Below are positions 27,271 through 38,165 of a stretch of 64,000 bases of DNA, one piece after another. How positions within the stretch are numbered: the first letter of the stretch is position 1; each line of letters starts with the position of its first letter. The stretch is from positions 223,636,001-223,700,000 of the forward strand of contig NC_086097.1 in assembly GCF_963921235.1 (NCBI RefSeq), in the 5' to 3' direction. The position numbers were made by a program, and so were the translations under genes. The stretch comes from Mobula hypostoma. Lineage: Eukaryota. The notes under the pieces were generated by a model, which saw only the letters and a list, made by a program, of their open reading frames with translations, had not been told where the DNA came from and did no database searches.

Positions 27271-27362
27271 TGTGTAATTGAATTTTGCACACTCTTCTCA
27301 TTTAAAGTCATCCCTGGGGGTGGGTCATTTTGCAATGCCATTAGTTCTTTCTGTAATCTTTT
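27271..27362 (-). CDS. UBE2W: UBE2W coding exon 2 (KRLQKELMALQNDPPPGMTLNEKSVQNSITQ)
   Basis: 92-bp exon bounded by tttattAG and GTATGT. The translation matches vertebrate UBE2W, and its phase-2 end is compatible with exon 3. Confidence 0.96.
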
Positions 27363-27529
27363 CTAATAAAAAAATAGGACGGAATAGTTAGAAACACAGT
27401 CATTCTCTACATAAACATTGTGTTCACTGAATTAACTTATCAACAAATCTACAAATTATAAGGATATTAAGAAATAGGAGCAGGAATAGGCCACCTGGCT
27501 CGTGGAGCATATGTATCCAGCTTCCTATA

Positions 27530-28096
27530 GAGTAGATTTTGGTTAACTGGGCTGCATCAAGACCAGTACATTGTGGCCTAATTAGCTGAAGTTTCATGGC
27601 AATAGTAAAAAAGGTGTAAAAAGCCAAACTACCATTTAACTGAGTAACAAATTATGTATTTAAATGAAATACAGAACAAATTAGAACACTACCAATATTA
27701 CCATAGTACTATAGCTGCATTAGTTCCTTATAGTTATCGACGGAAAAATTAACCCAGTGTACATGGCCACGTTCTTTTGATTTGACTATAAATGCATCAA
27801 GCACACACATCAAGTGAAGATTGTGGACTGCATTCATACAATGCTATCGATGACTGAATCGCCAAATCCTCGTTTCATTGTAACATTCAAGATGATTGCC
27901 GATACCTTCAAATTCTTCGTCGTTCCTAACTTGCTGAAGTAGTGAAGTCGTTTCATTTTCACTCCCAGCCGTTTCTGGCATCTGTAAGCCTGGTGTCCCA
28001 AATGAATGAAGGGAATCCCAACAATTTTCTCAATTAGTTTTTGTTCTTTAAGAGTTCTCCTGATTAACTGATAGCCCAATTAACCGGTATCCACTG
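27530..28096. mobile_element. Tigger/pogo-like MITE
   Basis: Imperfect TIRs TA|GAGTAGATTTTGGTTAACTGGGC...GCCCAATTAACCGGTATCCACTG|TA. Confidence 0.7.
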
Positions 28097-28141
28097 TATT
28101 TCCAATTTTCTTTTAATAAACAGTAGAAATAACATGTAAAT

Positions 28142-28235
28142 ACTGATTAAGGGTCTTGGCCATAAACGTCCATTGTACTCTGTTCTATAGATGCTGCCTG
28201 GCCTGATGAGTTCCTCCAGTATTTTGCGCGTGTGT
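28142..28235 (+). mobile_element. Old PLE 3' end with decayed hammerhead
   Basis: CTGATTAAGGGTCTTGGCCATAAACGTCC...GATGCTGCCTGGCCTG. Confidence 0.7.
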
Positions 28236-28559
28236 ATATAATAAAAGCCAAGATAGTTACTGAATATACCTGAATCACAGCATGCAAAGGAACAAATTTA
28301 CAGCAACGGATTCAATTGGAGCACCCAATATCTATAATTTTCAATCGAGAATTAAAAAAAGATCTTTTTCTAGACTGACAAAAAAGTTTTACCACTGAGG
28401 ATGAACACCAAAGAAACGCAAGTTCACACCTGTCGTATCTAATATTACTTGATCATTCCTATTAAATAGCCGAGTATCAGCAAAAACTAGATGTTTGCTG
28501 AAGTTTGCCCTCTCTCGATTCCAGGTTACCTCCGAAGGGAAGATCTGACAAAACTAAGG

Positions 28560-29260
28560 TAATGAAAGCCTGTCGACTGCCGGCGTGGCGACGAGTTGCT
28601 GCTCCCGCAGGGCCTCGGTCGCTGCGGCCGACTGACACCTGTAACCTTCAGACGAGCGGCCAGGCATCACCGAGCCGGACAGCGAATCCAGACGAGGGTA
28701 AGGGATGGAGCCCACCTCTGACGGGGATCACAGTCGCCCAACTCCCCGTTTACCACTAGCCTTACTGTTACGAGTCCGGTAGCTACGAAGCGGCGGGACC
28801 ACTCGGGGTCCGCCGGCTTATGCAAAGCAACACCGAATACACGGACAACATGTCCAAAAACACGGCGGGCCAGTCCCGCCGGCCGTTGCTACCCGGTCTC
28901 CCTCGAGGCACAACAGGAGGATTTGGTACAGGCACACCTACGAGCCAGCCCCCTCTACTTTGCCTCAATCACAAGAAGAAAATCAACCACTCGCTCTGAG
29001 AGGAGAGGGTAACCTCCCCGCAGCGCCTTCCCGTCGCCAACACACTCACCTGCATTGACGCCATGATGGAAACCCCCTGCGCCAGAGACCACATTCAGCG
29101 GAGGAGACGTCATTGCGTCATCCCGCACGCATCCAAGCCGGGAAGGGGACGTGAACGCGCGAACTGTCTGGAGCGCGCACGAGAGGCAATTGCCCCAGCG
29201 TCGGCAACAGGTCCCCCGTTCAGGCGGCGTTGTCAGGCAAACCGCGGCAGGAGCCCTTCA
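28560..29260 (-). promoter_or_regulatory. CpG island / UBE2W promoter with tandem CRE-like sites (29105-29120)
   Basis: Local GC and CpG enrichment around exon 1. The minus strand reads TGACGCAA-TGACGTCT about 40-55 nt upstream of the ATG. Confidence 0.75.
29050..29064 (-). CDS. UBE2W: Ubiquitin-conjugating enzyme E2 W, coding exon 1 (MASMQ)
   Basis: Minus strand reads tccatcATG GCG TCA ATG CAG|GTGAGT, matching the known UBE2W N-terminus, with a canonical donor, inside a CpG-rich island. Confidence 0.93.
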
Positions 29261-29523
29261 CCGTTTTTTATGCAATAAATCCCTTTGGCAGTCCGATGAA
29301 TCCTTCTCAGAATAATGTATTTAAATATATAAAATAAAATACAAAACAATTACAAAAGAAACCAATTATACTAAAATAAAATTATCAAAATATTAAAAAA
29401 CAAATTTGTGACGGTAATATGCGTGCTTATTTATTAACGCGGTAAATAACAAGACTATTAATTTAAAACATAGGCAAGTTAAAATTAAATTTTATTTTTT
29501 TAAAGACATATCAGTGTGAAGTT

Positions 29524-29631
29524 AGCAGGCCAGGCAGCACCTCTTCCTAGAGATGCTGCCTGGCCTGCTGCATTCACCAGCAACTTTGATGTGTGTTGCT
29601 TGAATTTCCAGCATCTGCAGAATTCCTGTTG
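29524..29631 (+). mobile_element. Mini inverted PLE insertion with 13-bp TSD
   Basis: TCAGTGTGAAGTT at 29511-29523 and 29632-29644 flanks a 16-nt inverted arm plus a tail-bearing arm. A second PLE scrap lies at ~29674-29725. Confidence 0.85.
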
Positions 29632-30109
29632 TCAGTGTGAAGTTGTTGCTTAGCTAGAATAAGAACATTAACACCTAGAGATGCTGCCTGGCCTGCTGCA
29701 TTCACCAGCAACTTTGATGTGTGTTCCATTAAACTGAGGTGGTCTTTGACAAAGCAACACACGTCATGTTGAACATGACATTTGGTTTTTGTTTTAATGT
29801 TGATTTTTTGCTTTAACTCAACTTTAATGTTGACTTTTTGTTTTCAAGTGTTAAAAATCCTCATTCGCAAATATATGTTTTTGCAAATGGAATTAAAGCT
29901 TCTATGGCTCGTTTTCCAAGGCGACGATAGGCTTCTCTCAAGGAACGCCATATTTCTCCAAGGCTTTTTAAGTTAAAGTCCAATTGTAGTAAGTTTTTGT
30001 CCCAAGTTCAACCTTCAATATAGTTTATATCCGAAAGAAATTGATGCAGAGCAATGGTTCAACTTTAATGCCACTAAGATGAAAAAACTATTGAATGAGT
30101 TCTGAAGCA

Positions 30110-31245
30110 TTTCCAGGTGTTTGTAGATGTCTCTCTTCAAAGAAGTTGCTGCCTGTTATGTTGATGGCGTTTCAGGCAGCAATGAAGGTCTCCATCTCTG
30201 TCCCACATCCCAGGTGTGGGTCGGGGTCCTCATTTCTGCCTCTAAAGCATGGCACCAAATTGTCTTTGCTCTCCTGAGTTTCCTCTGCCCTTCAGGTGTC
30301 CAATGAAATGCAGTCTTGATGATGGAGTTGGCCTTTCCTCTCATCGTGTGCCTAATCCATCTCCGATGTTTCTTCATGATGATTGTGGCCATGCCCTCTT
30401 GATGACACTGAAGGAGCAGGGCGTGGATGGAGATCTTCCTTGGCCAGAAAATATGGAGGATCTTCCGGAGGCTCCTGCTGTGGAATGATGACAGCTTGGC
30501 AAGCTCGTTCTCTCATGCACCGGCATTCTGACCGTAGGAGAGTGTGGTACAACTTCACCTTGGTGTGGTTGCTGCAGTTGATTGATTCCAATAGGTTGCT
30601 CATTGATCTGAAGACATTTCTAGTTTTGCTGTGTCTGCGCTGGATGTCGTCCTTGGCCCCACCTTCCTGCCGAATGATGCTGCCCAGTTAGGTGAATCTG
30701 CTAGTGCTGGGTGAGTCGACGCCATATACCTTGACGGGAAGAGGAAACTCTACACTGAAGGTCGTGGTCTCAGTGTTTCTCTGACTGACTCTGAGTCCAA
30801 CTGTCCACCAAAAGTACACGAGCACTGCATTTTCTCTTGCATGTGCTGGTGTGCATGTGATAGTAATGTGAGGTCATCCACAAAGTCAAGGTCTTCTAAA
30901 ATAGAGAATAGAGTCCACCTAACGCCTCTCAGTATATCTGTCATTATTTGCTTCATGACCCAGTCTAACACCAGCGTAAATAATATCTCTGACATCACAT
31001 AGCCTTGCCTGACTCCTGTCTTGACTTCAAAGAGCAAATTGCAGTCCCCAAATGTGCAGGTGCAATTAGCATAGAAACTCTGGATAAGCTGGACAATTTT
31101 GGAAGCGATCCCATATGATCTGAGAATTCTTCAAAGAAATTGACATTGAATTTTGTATTTCAACAGTGCAGGTGAAATTAGCGGAGAAACTCTGGATAAG
31201 CTGCATAGTTTTGGAAGGGAGCCCGAATGATCTGAGAATTCTTCA
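30110..31245 (-). mobile_element. RTE-clade LINE 3' fragment
   Basis: GVRQGYVMSEILFTLVLDWVM, LEDLDFVDD and RRWIRHTMR...AFHWTPEG. Confidence 0.85.
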
Positions 31246-31816
31246 AAGATGTTGACTTTGAATTTTGTATCTCAGATCCATCTTCCTCAATTTTTGAAAG
31301 TTTGCCAGGATGTCGGCCTCTACTCGCTTCTTCCATTTCAACAGCTTAGAAAAGAAAGCTTGTATTCTTTCAGTAGCATCAATGATGGTGACTTCAGGAC
31401 CTTGAATTGAACGATTTATTTCATTCATATGGTTAATAATATTCCAGGTTAGCCAACATGTGGATACAATCCTTCTTATCAAACTGTTCCAAGAGTGGGT
31501 TTTCTTTTTCTTTCAGAAAAAAAGTGAGACTTCTGTCCTTAGTTCAAAGAAGTGCCTCAAGACTTGTCCCCTTGAAAGCCAAAGAACTGCTGTGTGGTAG
31601 AGAAGCATTTCATATTCTGCACCCATTTCTTGACAAAGTCTTTTAAAAATGCAATTATTCAGAGATCTGCTTCTAATAAAGTCGATGACTTTTATGGCTG
31701 TTGACAAAATTTCTTTCAGAGTTGTTGGAGCTTTGTTGTCAGTATGTCTATATAAAAAACAATGGGTGATGATGACGCGAGGAATTCCTTTTTCACTGAA
31801 GCAGCAAAGTCAGATG

Positions 31817-33902
31817 AGCCCATAAGATATAGGGACAGAATTAGGCCATTCAGCCCATCAAGTCTTCTCTGTCATTCCATCATGGCTGATCCCAGATCCC
31901 TCTCAACCCCGAACACCTGCCTTCTCGCCATATCTTTTGATGCCCTGACTGAGCAGGAAACCACCAACTTCTGCTCTAAATATACCCACGGACTTTGCCT
32001 CCACTGCAGTCTGTGGCAGAGCACTCCACAGATTCACTACTCTCTGGCTTAAAAAAAATCCCTCCTTACCTCTGTTCTAAAAGGTCTGAGGTAATGCCCT
32101 CTAGTTCTAGATACCCCCACCATAGAAAACATCCTCTCCACATCCACGCTATCTAGTCCTTTCAACGTGTGGCAGGTTTCATTGAGATCCCCATGCATTC
32201 TACTAAGTTCCAGTGAGTACAGGCCCAAAGCTGCCAAGTGCTCCTCATATGTTGTTAGAGTGAGTTTTTGGGTAGATGATTCATTTACACTTAAATGACT
32301 CTGGCCACCAGTCTTCTGTTTGACAAAGTACTGTGGATTGAGTTCACAACAATGCAATTCCTAAAAGCTGTGAATATCGGAATACTAGCCAAACGCTGCG
32401 GATGGTAGTCTGAAGTTTACAGGTAGTTTTGAAGACAGCCTTATCCATACTTTATAATATCAATTGTTCTCTATGTTAGCGCGTAAAATACCAAATAAAT
32501 GTACTGTGGATTTGACCTGCACTCCTAAAGGCTGTGAGTACCAACCCAGACATGTTGGCGTCGGAAGGAAAGGATGAGGTCAGAAGGTTTGATGTTTTGT
32601 ATGTAGCTTCAAAAGGAAGCATTGTCTATGCATTGTCTATAACTTTGTAAAAAGTGATTTCCCTTTGTGTTTGGCATATAAATATCGAGCCCACATTGGG
32701 CTAGCAGACCTTTCTACCGAAAGCGTCTCCGTCCATATGATGCCTGCTGTACCTTGTTTTGTCGAATAAAGAAGCTGCTTTGTATCTACCAGTAACTCCA
32801 TCTCCAGTGATTTCATCCACGCTTCAACATATGTTAATCCCTTCATTCCCGGAATCATCTTCGTAAACCTCCTCTGGACTCTCTCCAACGACAACATATC
32901 CTTTCTGCAATATGGGGCCAAGAACTATTGACAATACTCCAGATGCAATCTGACTAGTGTCTCATAAAGGCTCAGCATTATTTCCTTGTTTTTATATTCT
33001 ATTCCCCTTGAAATAAATGGCAACATTGCATTTGCCTTCTTTACCACAGACTTAACCTGTAAATTAACTTCCTGGGATTCTTGCTCAAGGGCTCCTAAGT
33101 CCCGCTGCACCTCTGATGTTTGAACCTTCTCCCCATTTAGATAATAGTCCGCTCTATTGTTCCTTTCACCAAAGTGCATTATTGTACATTTCCCAACACT
33201 GTATTCCATCACCAGTTTTTTGCTCATTCTTCCAATTTGTCTAAGTCCTACTGCAATCACATTGTTTCCTCAGCACTACCTACCCCTCCACCTATCTTCG
33301 TATCATCCACAAACTTTGCCACAAAGCCATCAATTCCATTATCCATATCATTGACAAACAATGTGAAAAGTAGCGGTCCCAATACTGAACACAGCAGAAC
33401 ACCGCTAGTCACTGGTAGCCAACCAGAAAAGGCCCCCTTTATTCCCACTCGCTGCCTCTTCTCTGTCAGCCATTCCTTTATCCATGCCAGAATCTTTCCT
33501 GTAACACCATAGGATTTTATCTTGTTAAGCAGCCTCATGTGTGGCACCTTATCAAATGCCTTCTGAAAATCCAAGTAAATGACATCCACTGCCTCTCTTT
33601 TGTCCCCCCTGCTTGTTACTTCCTCGAAGAACTCTAACAGATTTGTCAGGCAAGATTTCTCTTCACCGAAACCATGCTGAATTTGACTTATTTTGTCATT
33701 AGTCTCCAAGTACCCCGAAACCTCATACTTAATAAAAGACTCCAACACTTTCCCAACTGGCCTATAATTTCCTTCCTTTTGCCTTGCTCCCTTCTTAAAG
33801 AGTGGAGTGATGGCTGCGATTTTCCAGTCCTCCAGGACCATGCCAGAATCAAGTGATTCTTGAAAGATCATGACCAATGCATCCGTTATCTCCTCAACAA
33901 CC
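31817..33902 (-). mobile_element. 5'-truncated CR1 LINE (RT plus 3' UTR)
   Basis: ORF 33257..33922 contains YLDFQKAFDKVPH and KFVDDTK. TSD TCAGATG at 31810-31816 and 33903-33909. Confidence 0.93.
32250..32829 (+). mobile_element. Solo LTR-like insertion in CR1
   Basis: Termini TGTTG...CAACA, a TATA-like ATATAAAT (~32677) and AATAAA (~32765). It splits a contiguous CR1 sequence. Confidence 0.7.
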
Positions 33903-35089
33903 TCAGATGTATTACCAACCATCGCAGGAGCTGCATCTATGCAAAGAGTATGAAGTTTTCTTTCCAGTCGAAGTTTTGTTCGGCAAAAAAACTTTTGACT
34001 ATTTCCAAAATGTCAACAGCCTTTGTAGTTTCCAAAAGGGGCTCAAAAAATAAGTATTCTTTTTTAATGGCTTCAGCATGTGCATAATGAACAAAAACAA
34101 GGAGGAGATATCTGTAGTTTCATCCAGTTGCATACTGAATTGGAATTGTGAGACTGTCAGTTCCTCAATGATCTGCTTCAGAATGTTAAGGAAATATCAA
34201 CTACTCTAGAATGTATCACATCATTTGATAAGGAAACTACTTCCAGTTTTTCCCTCTGTTCCAGCCCTCAGACCAGCTCAACTATTTCCAGTGCATATGG
34301 CTTTACTAAAATCTCTCCAATAGCATGGAACTTCTTTAGTTTGGCAATCCATTAAGTAACTGGTTACGATGCTTTAAGAAAAGGGTTTTGTGATTTGGAA
34401 ATCCAGGTTTTGGAATGTTTTTCAAATTGAGATTTCTTCGCATGAAAAAAACCCACATCTTCAGATGCATTTTCAGGATGGTCGGACGTGGGGTGCTCTT
34501 TCAGTTTTGCTAGCTTCATAACTTACGTTGGCAAGGATTTTTCCGCACAAAAGCGCTGTGGCTTTTGTGTCCGTCACATCCATTAGTTCAAGTGAAACCC
34601 CCCCATACAGTTTTCATCATCCTTCCTTTTCTTTGACATTTCATACATTTCTGTATGTTAATTAAGTGAAGTGTAAGATATTCAAGAAATTTGTACGCCA
34701 AGTAAGTAAAATAAGACAGGTTTTTACAATTTATCCAAAGTTTTAACACTTTTAATAGCTTTTAGATACTTGAATAGACACAAGGATTACAGCAGTAGCT
34801 CAGGCATCGTGTCCTTCCTGGAATTTGGCTATTGTTGCTCATGGAATCATGCGGCCTTACAGGGAGTTGAGGATTCTCACTTGAACTGTCCAATTGTGCA
34901 AAACTTTAGCTTTAAAGTGACCCACTTACTCCTACACATTGATTAACAAGCAACTGTAGACAGGGAAATATGGAGAGCAATATAGATGTCTGGGTCACAA
35001 ATGTGAGAGCGAGTGACTTCACCATTTAGCGACTGAAAGACTATAGGAGCAGGCCTGCCCAATAATTGGACGGCTACATTGCACGAGCA

Positions 35090-37690
35090 TCAAGGGCCCA
35101 ACCTTGGTCTTAACTAATTTTTTCCTCTTCACATTCCTAAAGAAGCTTTCACTATCCTCCTTTATATTCTTGGCTAGCTTACCTTTGTATACAAGGGGAA
35201 TTCTGCAGATGCTGGAAATTCAAGCAACACACATCAAAGTTGCTGGTGAACGCAGCAGGCCAGGCAGCATCTCTAGGAAGAGGTACAGTCGATGTTTCAG
35301 GCCGAGACCCTTCATCAGGACGAAGGGTCTGACGAAGGGTCTCGGCCTGAAACGTCGACTGTACCTCTTCCCAGAGATGCTGCCTGGCCTGCTGCGTTCA
35401 CCAGCAACTTTGATGTGTGTTGCTTACCTTCGTATCTCATCTTTTCTCCCTATATTACCTTTTTAGTTATCCTCTGTTGCCCTTTAGAAGTTTCCCAATC
35501 CTCTGGCTTCCCACTCATCTTTGCTATGTTATACTTCTCTTTTATTTTTATACTGCCTTGACTTCCCTTGTCGGCCACGGACGCCCCTTACTCCCCTTAG
35601 AATCTTTCTTCCTCTTTGGAATGAACTGATCCTGCACCTTCTGTATTATTCCCAGAAATACCTGCCATTGTTGTTCCACTGTCATCCCTGCTAGGGTATC
35701 TTTCCAGTCAACATTGGCCAGCTCCTCCCTCATGGGTCCATAGTCCCCTTTGTTCAACTGTAATACTGACACTTCCAATTTTCCCTTCTCCCTCTCAAAT
35801 TGTAGATTAAAACTTAGCATATTATGGTCACTACCTCCTAATGGCTCCTTTACCTCGAGTTCCCTTATCAAATCCGGTTCATTACACAACACTAAATCCA
35901 GAATTGCCTTCTCTCTGGTAGGCTCCAGTACAAGCTGCTCTAAGAATCCATCTCGGAGGCACTCCACAAACTCCCTTTCTTGGGGTCCAGGACCAACCTG
36001 ATTTTCCCAGTCTACCTTCATGTTGAAATCCCCCATAACAACCGTAGCATTATCTTTGTGACATGCCAGTTTTAACTCTTGATTCAACTTGCACTCTATA
36101 TCCAGGCTACTATCTGGGGGCCTGTAGATAACTCCCATTTTGGGGGCCTTTTTGCCCTTACAATTTCTCAGTTCTATCCATACTGACTCTACATCTCCTG
36201 ATTCTATGTCACCCCTCGCAAGGGACTGAATTTCATTTCTCACCAACAGACCCACCCCACCCCCTCTGCCCACCTGTCTGTCCTTTCGATAGGACGTATA
36301 CCCTTGAATATTCATTTCCCAGCCCTGGTCCTCTTGCAGCCATGTCGCTGTTATTCCTACAACATCATACTTGCCAATTTCCAACTGAGCCTCAAGCTCA
36401 TCCACTTTATTTCTTACACTTTGTGCATTCATATATAATACTTTTAATTCATTACTCCCCTCACCTTTCACATCGATTCCAATTGCACTTAGCCATACTC
36501 TCCGATCCCTTCCTGAGCTTTCTGCCCCGTTAATTCTGTTGTCTTTCTTAACTTTCCTTCTTCTCTCTTTCCCTTTAACTCCATCCTTATATTTCCTCTC
36601 CCCCCGCCCCCACTACTTAGTTTAAGCACACCCGTGCAGCAGTGGCAAACCTGCCTGCCAGAATGCTGGTTCCCCCCCCCTTTAAGATACAACCCATCCC
36701 TTTCGTACAATTCATCCTTACCCCAAAACAGATCCCAGTGGTTTAAGAATCTAAATCCCTGCTTCCCGCACCAGCTCCTCAGCCACACATTCAGATCCCC
36801 TATCTCCCTGTTCCTGCCCTCACCAGCACGAGGAACTGGAAGCAAATTGGAGATAACCACCCTGGAGGTCCTGCTTTTCAGCCTTCTTCCGAGTTCTCTG
36901 AAGTCACGCTGCAGAATTTCTTTCCTCTTCTTCCCAACGTCATTTGTGCCGACATGCACCACCACTTCCGGCTGTTCACCTTCACCCTTGAGGATGCCCT
37001 GCAATCAGTTCGTGACATCCTTGATTCCGGCACCAGGGAGGCAACACACCATCCTTAAATCCCGCCTGTTGCAGCAGAAACCCCTTTCTGTACCTCTCAC
37101 TATGGAGTACCCTACTACCACGGCACTGCCTGACGTCTGTCTCCTCGGCTTTGCTTCAGCACCAGTTTTTGACTCACAGACCTGTCCGCCTCTCAGACTG
37201 GCAGTGTCTTCTGACCCGACAGCTTCCAAGAGGGTGAACCTGTTTTCAAGAGGTATATCCCCCAGGGTCTCCTGTACTCCAAGCCTCCATCCCTTCCTCA
37301 TCATTGCCCCCCTTCTCTCTTCCGGTGTCTTCGGTGTAATGATCTCACTGTAGGTCCTGGCCAGAAAACTCTCGCTTTCCTGGATGAACCTGAGGTCATC
37401 CAGTTGCTTCTCCAGTGCCCCAACATGGTCCTTCAGGAACTGAACCTGGACACACTTTTCACAGTTGTAGCAGCCAGAGGCACCATCAGTGTCCCTGACC
37501 TCCCACATCATGCAAGCATCACACTGAATCAGTTTACCTGTCATTTCTTCACCACCTCTCACCCTCTCCAAATGTGGCGTAGTCTCCTCCCTCGGCCTCC
37601 TTGCCGAAGACTCTCGAGCCAAAGACTTGCACTTTTCTCACAAGGCACTTCCCTCGACAAGGCCGCTCCCCAAGAACAAACCTTGCTTAT
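35090..37690 (-). mobile_element. CR1 LINE 5' half: ORF1 (Zn finger plus SGNH esterase) and ORF2 APE
   Basis: ORFs 37005..37622 and 36489..37004 (CDACMM...CEKC, VVVHVGTND, RDGLYL) and ORF 35548..36471 (YMNAQS, GDFN, LDL, SDH). Confidence 0.93.
35191..35425. mobile_element. Mini inverted PLE pair with 14-bp TSD
   Basis: Head-to-head PLE 3' ends joined inside the hammerhead. Flanks are GCTTACCTTTGTAT (35177-35190) and GCTTACCTTCGTAT (35422-35435). Confidence 0.9.
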
Positions 37691-37691
37691 A

Positions 37692-38165
37692 TTGGCTGAT
37701 ACATTTTTGGAGAAGAGAAGTTCGGTGGGTAATACCGTTCCGGCTGACCGGAAGTGCACTGAGAGCGGTAAGCGTAAAGGAGTTGGGTGCTTACTGTTCT
37801 GGCTAACAACGGATGGTGCAATCCGGGGCATATTACGATCAAGGAACGTGTTTGCAGACTGGATATTGAACTTTTTACTGTTGGACTTCGGCCACATTCC
37901 ACCATGATACAACAATTGGCGGCACGGGAGGTCGTTCTTGCCTGTGGCCATCGAACATGCAGCTCCTCCCGTGGAGGGTCAGACACCCTGAGCCAATAGA
38001 CTGGTCCTGGACTTATTTTCCATCTGGCATAGTTTGTACTTTGGTGTTTGATTGTTGGGGTTTTTTGTATTGCTATATTTACGCTCTATTCTTGGTTGGT
38101 ACGGCTGTAACAAAACCAAATTTCCCTCTGGATTAATAAAGTATATCTATCTATCTATCTATCTA
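37692..38165 (+). mobile_element. Internally deleted Rex1-like element
   Basis: An APE fragment (ADRKCTESGKRKG...HITIKERVC) is joined to a 3' end with AATAAAG(TATC)n. Confidence 0.65.

Noticed and set aside
28505..29278. Short ORFs in the CpG island (28505..28759, 28783..28968, 29063..29278)
   Set aside because: Expected by chance in GC-rich DNA, with no recognisable protein features.
35191..35425. Mini hairpins (here and at 52598-52800) as DNA-transposon MITEs
   Set aside because: The arms are PLE 3' ends of unequal length and TSD lengths vary (12-17 bp), unlike the fixed-TSD TIR elements.
31817..37690. The two minus-strand CR1 halves as one element split by hAT DNA
   Set aside because: The 3' half has its own TCAGATG duplication and the hAT transposase reads continuously across it, so it is an independent insertion.
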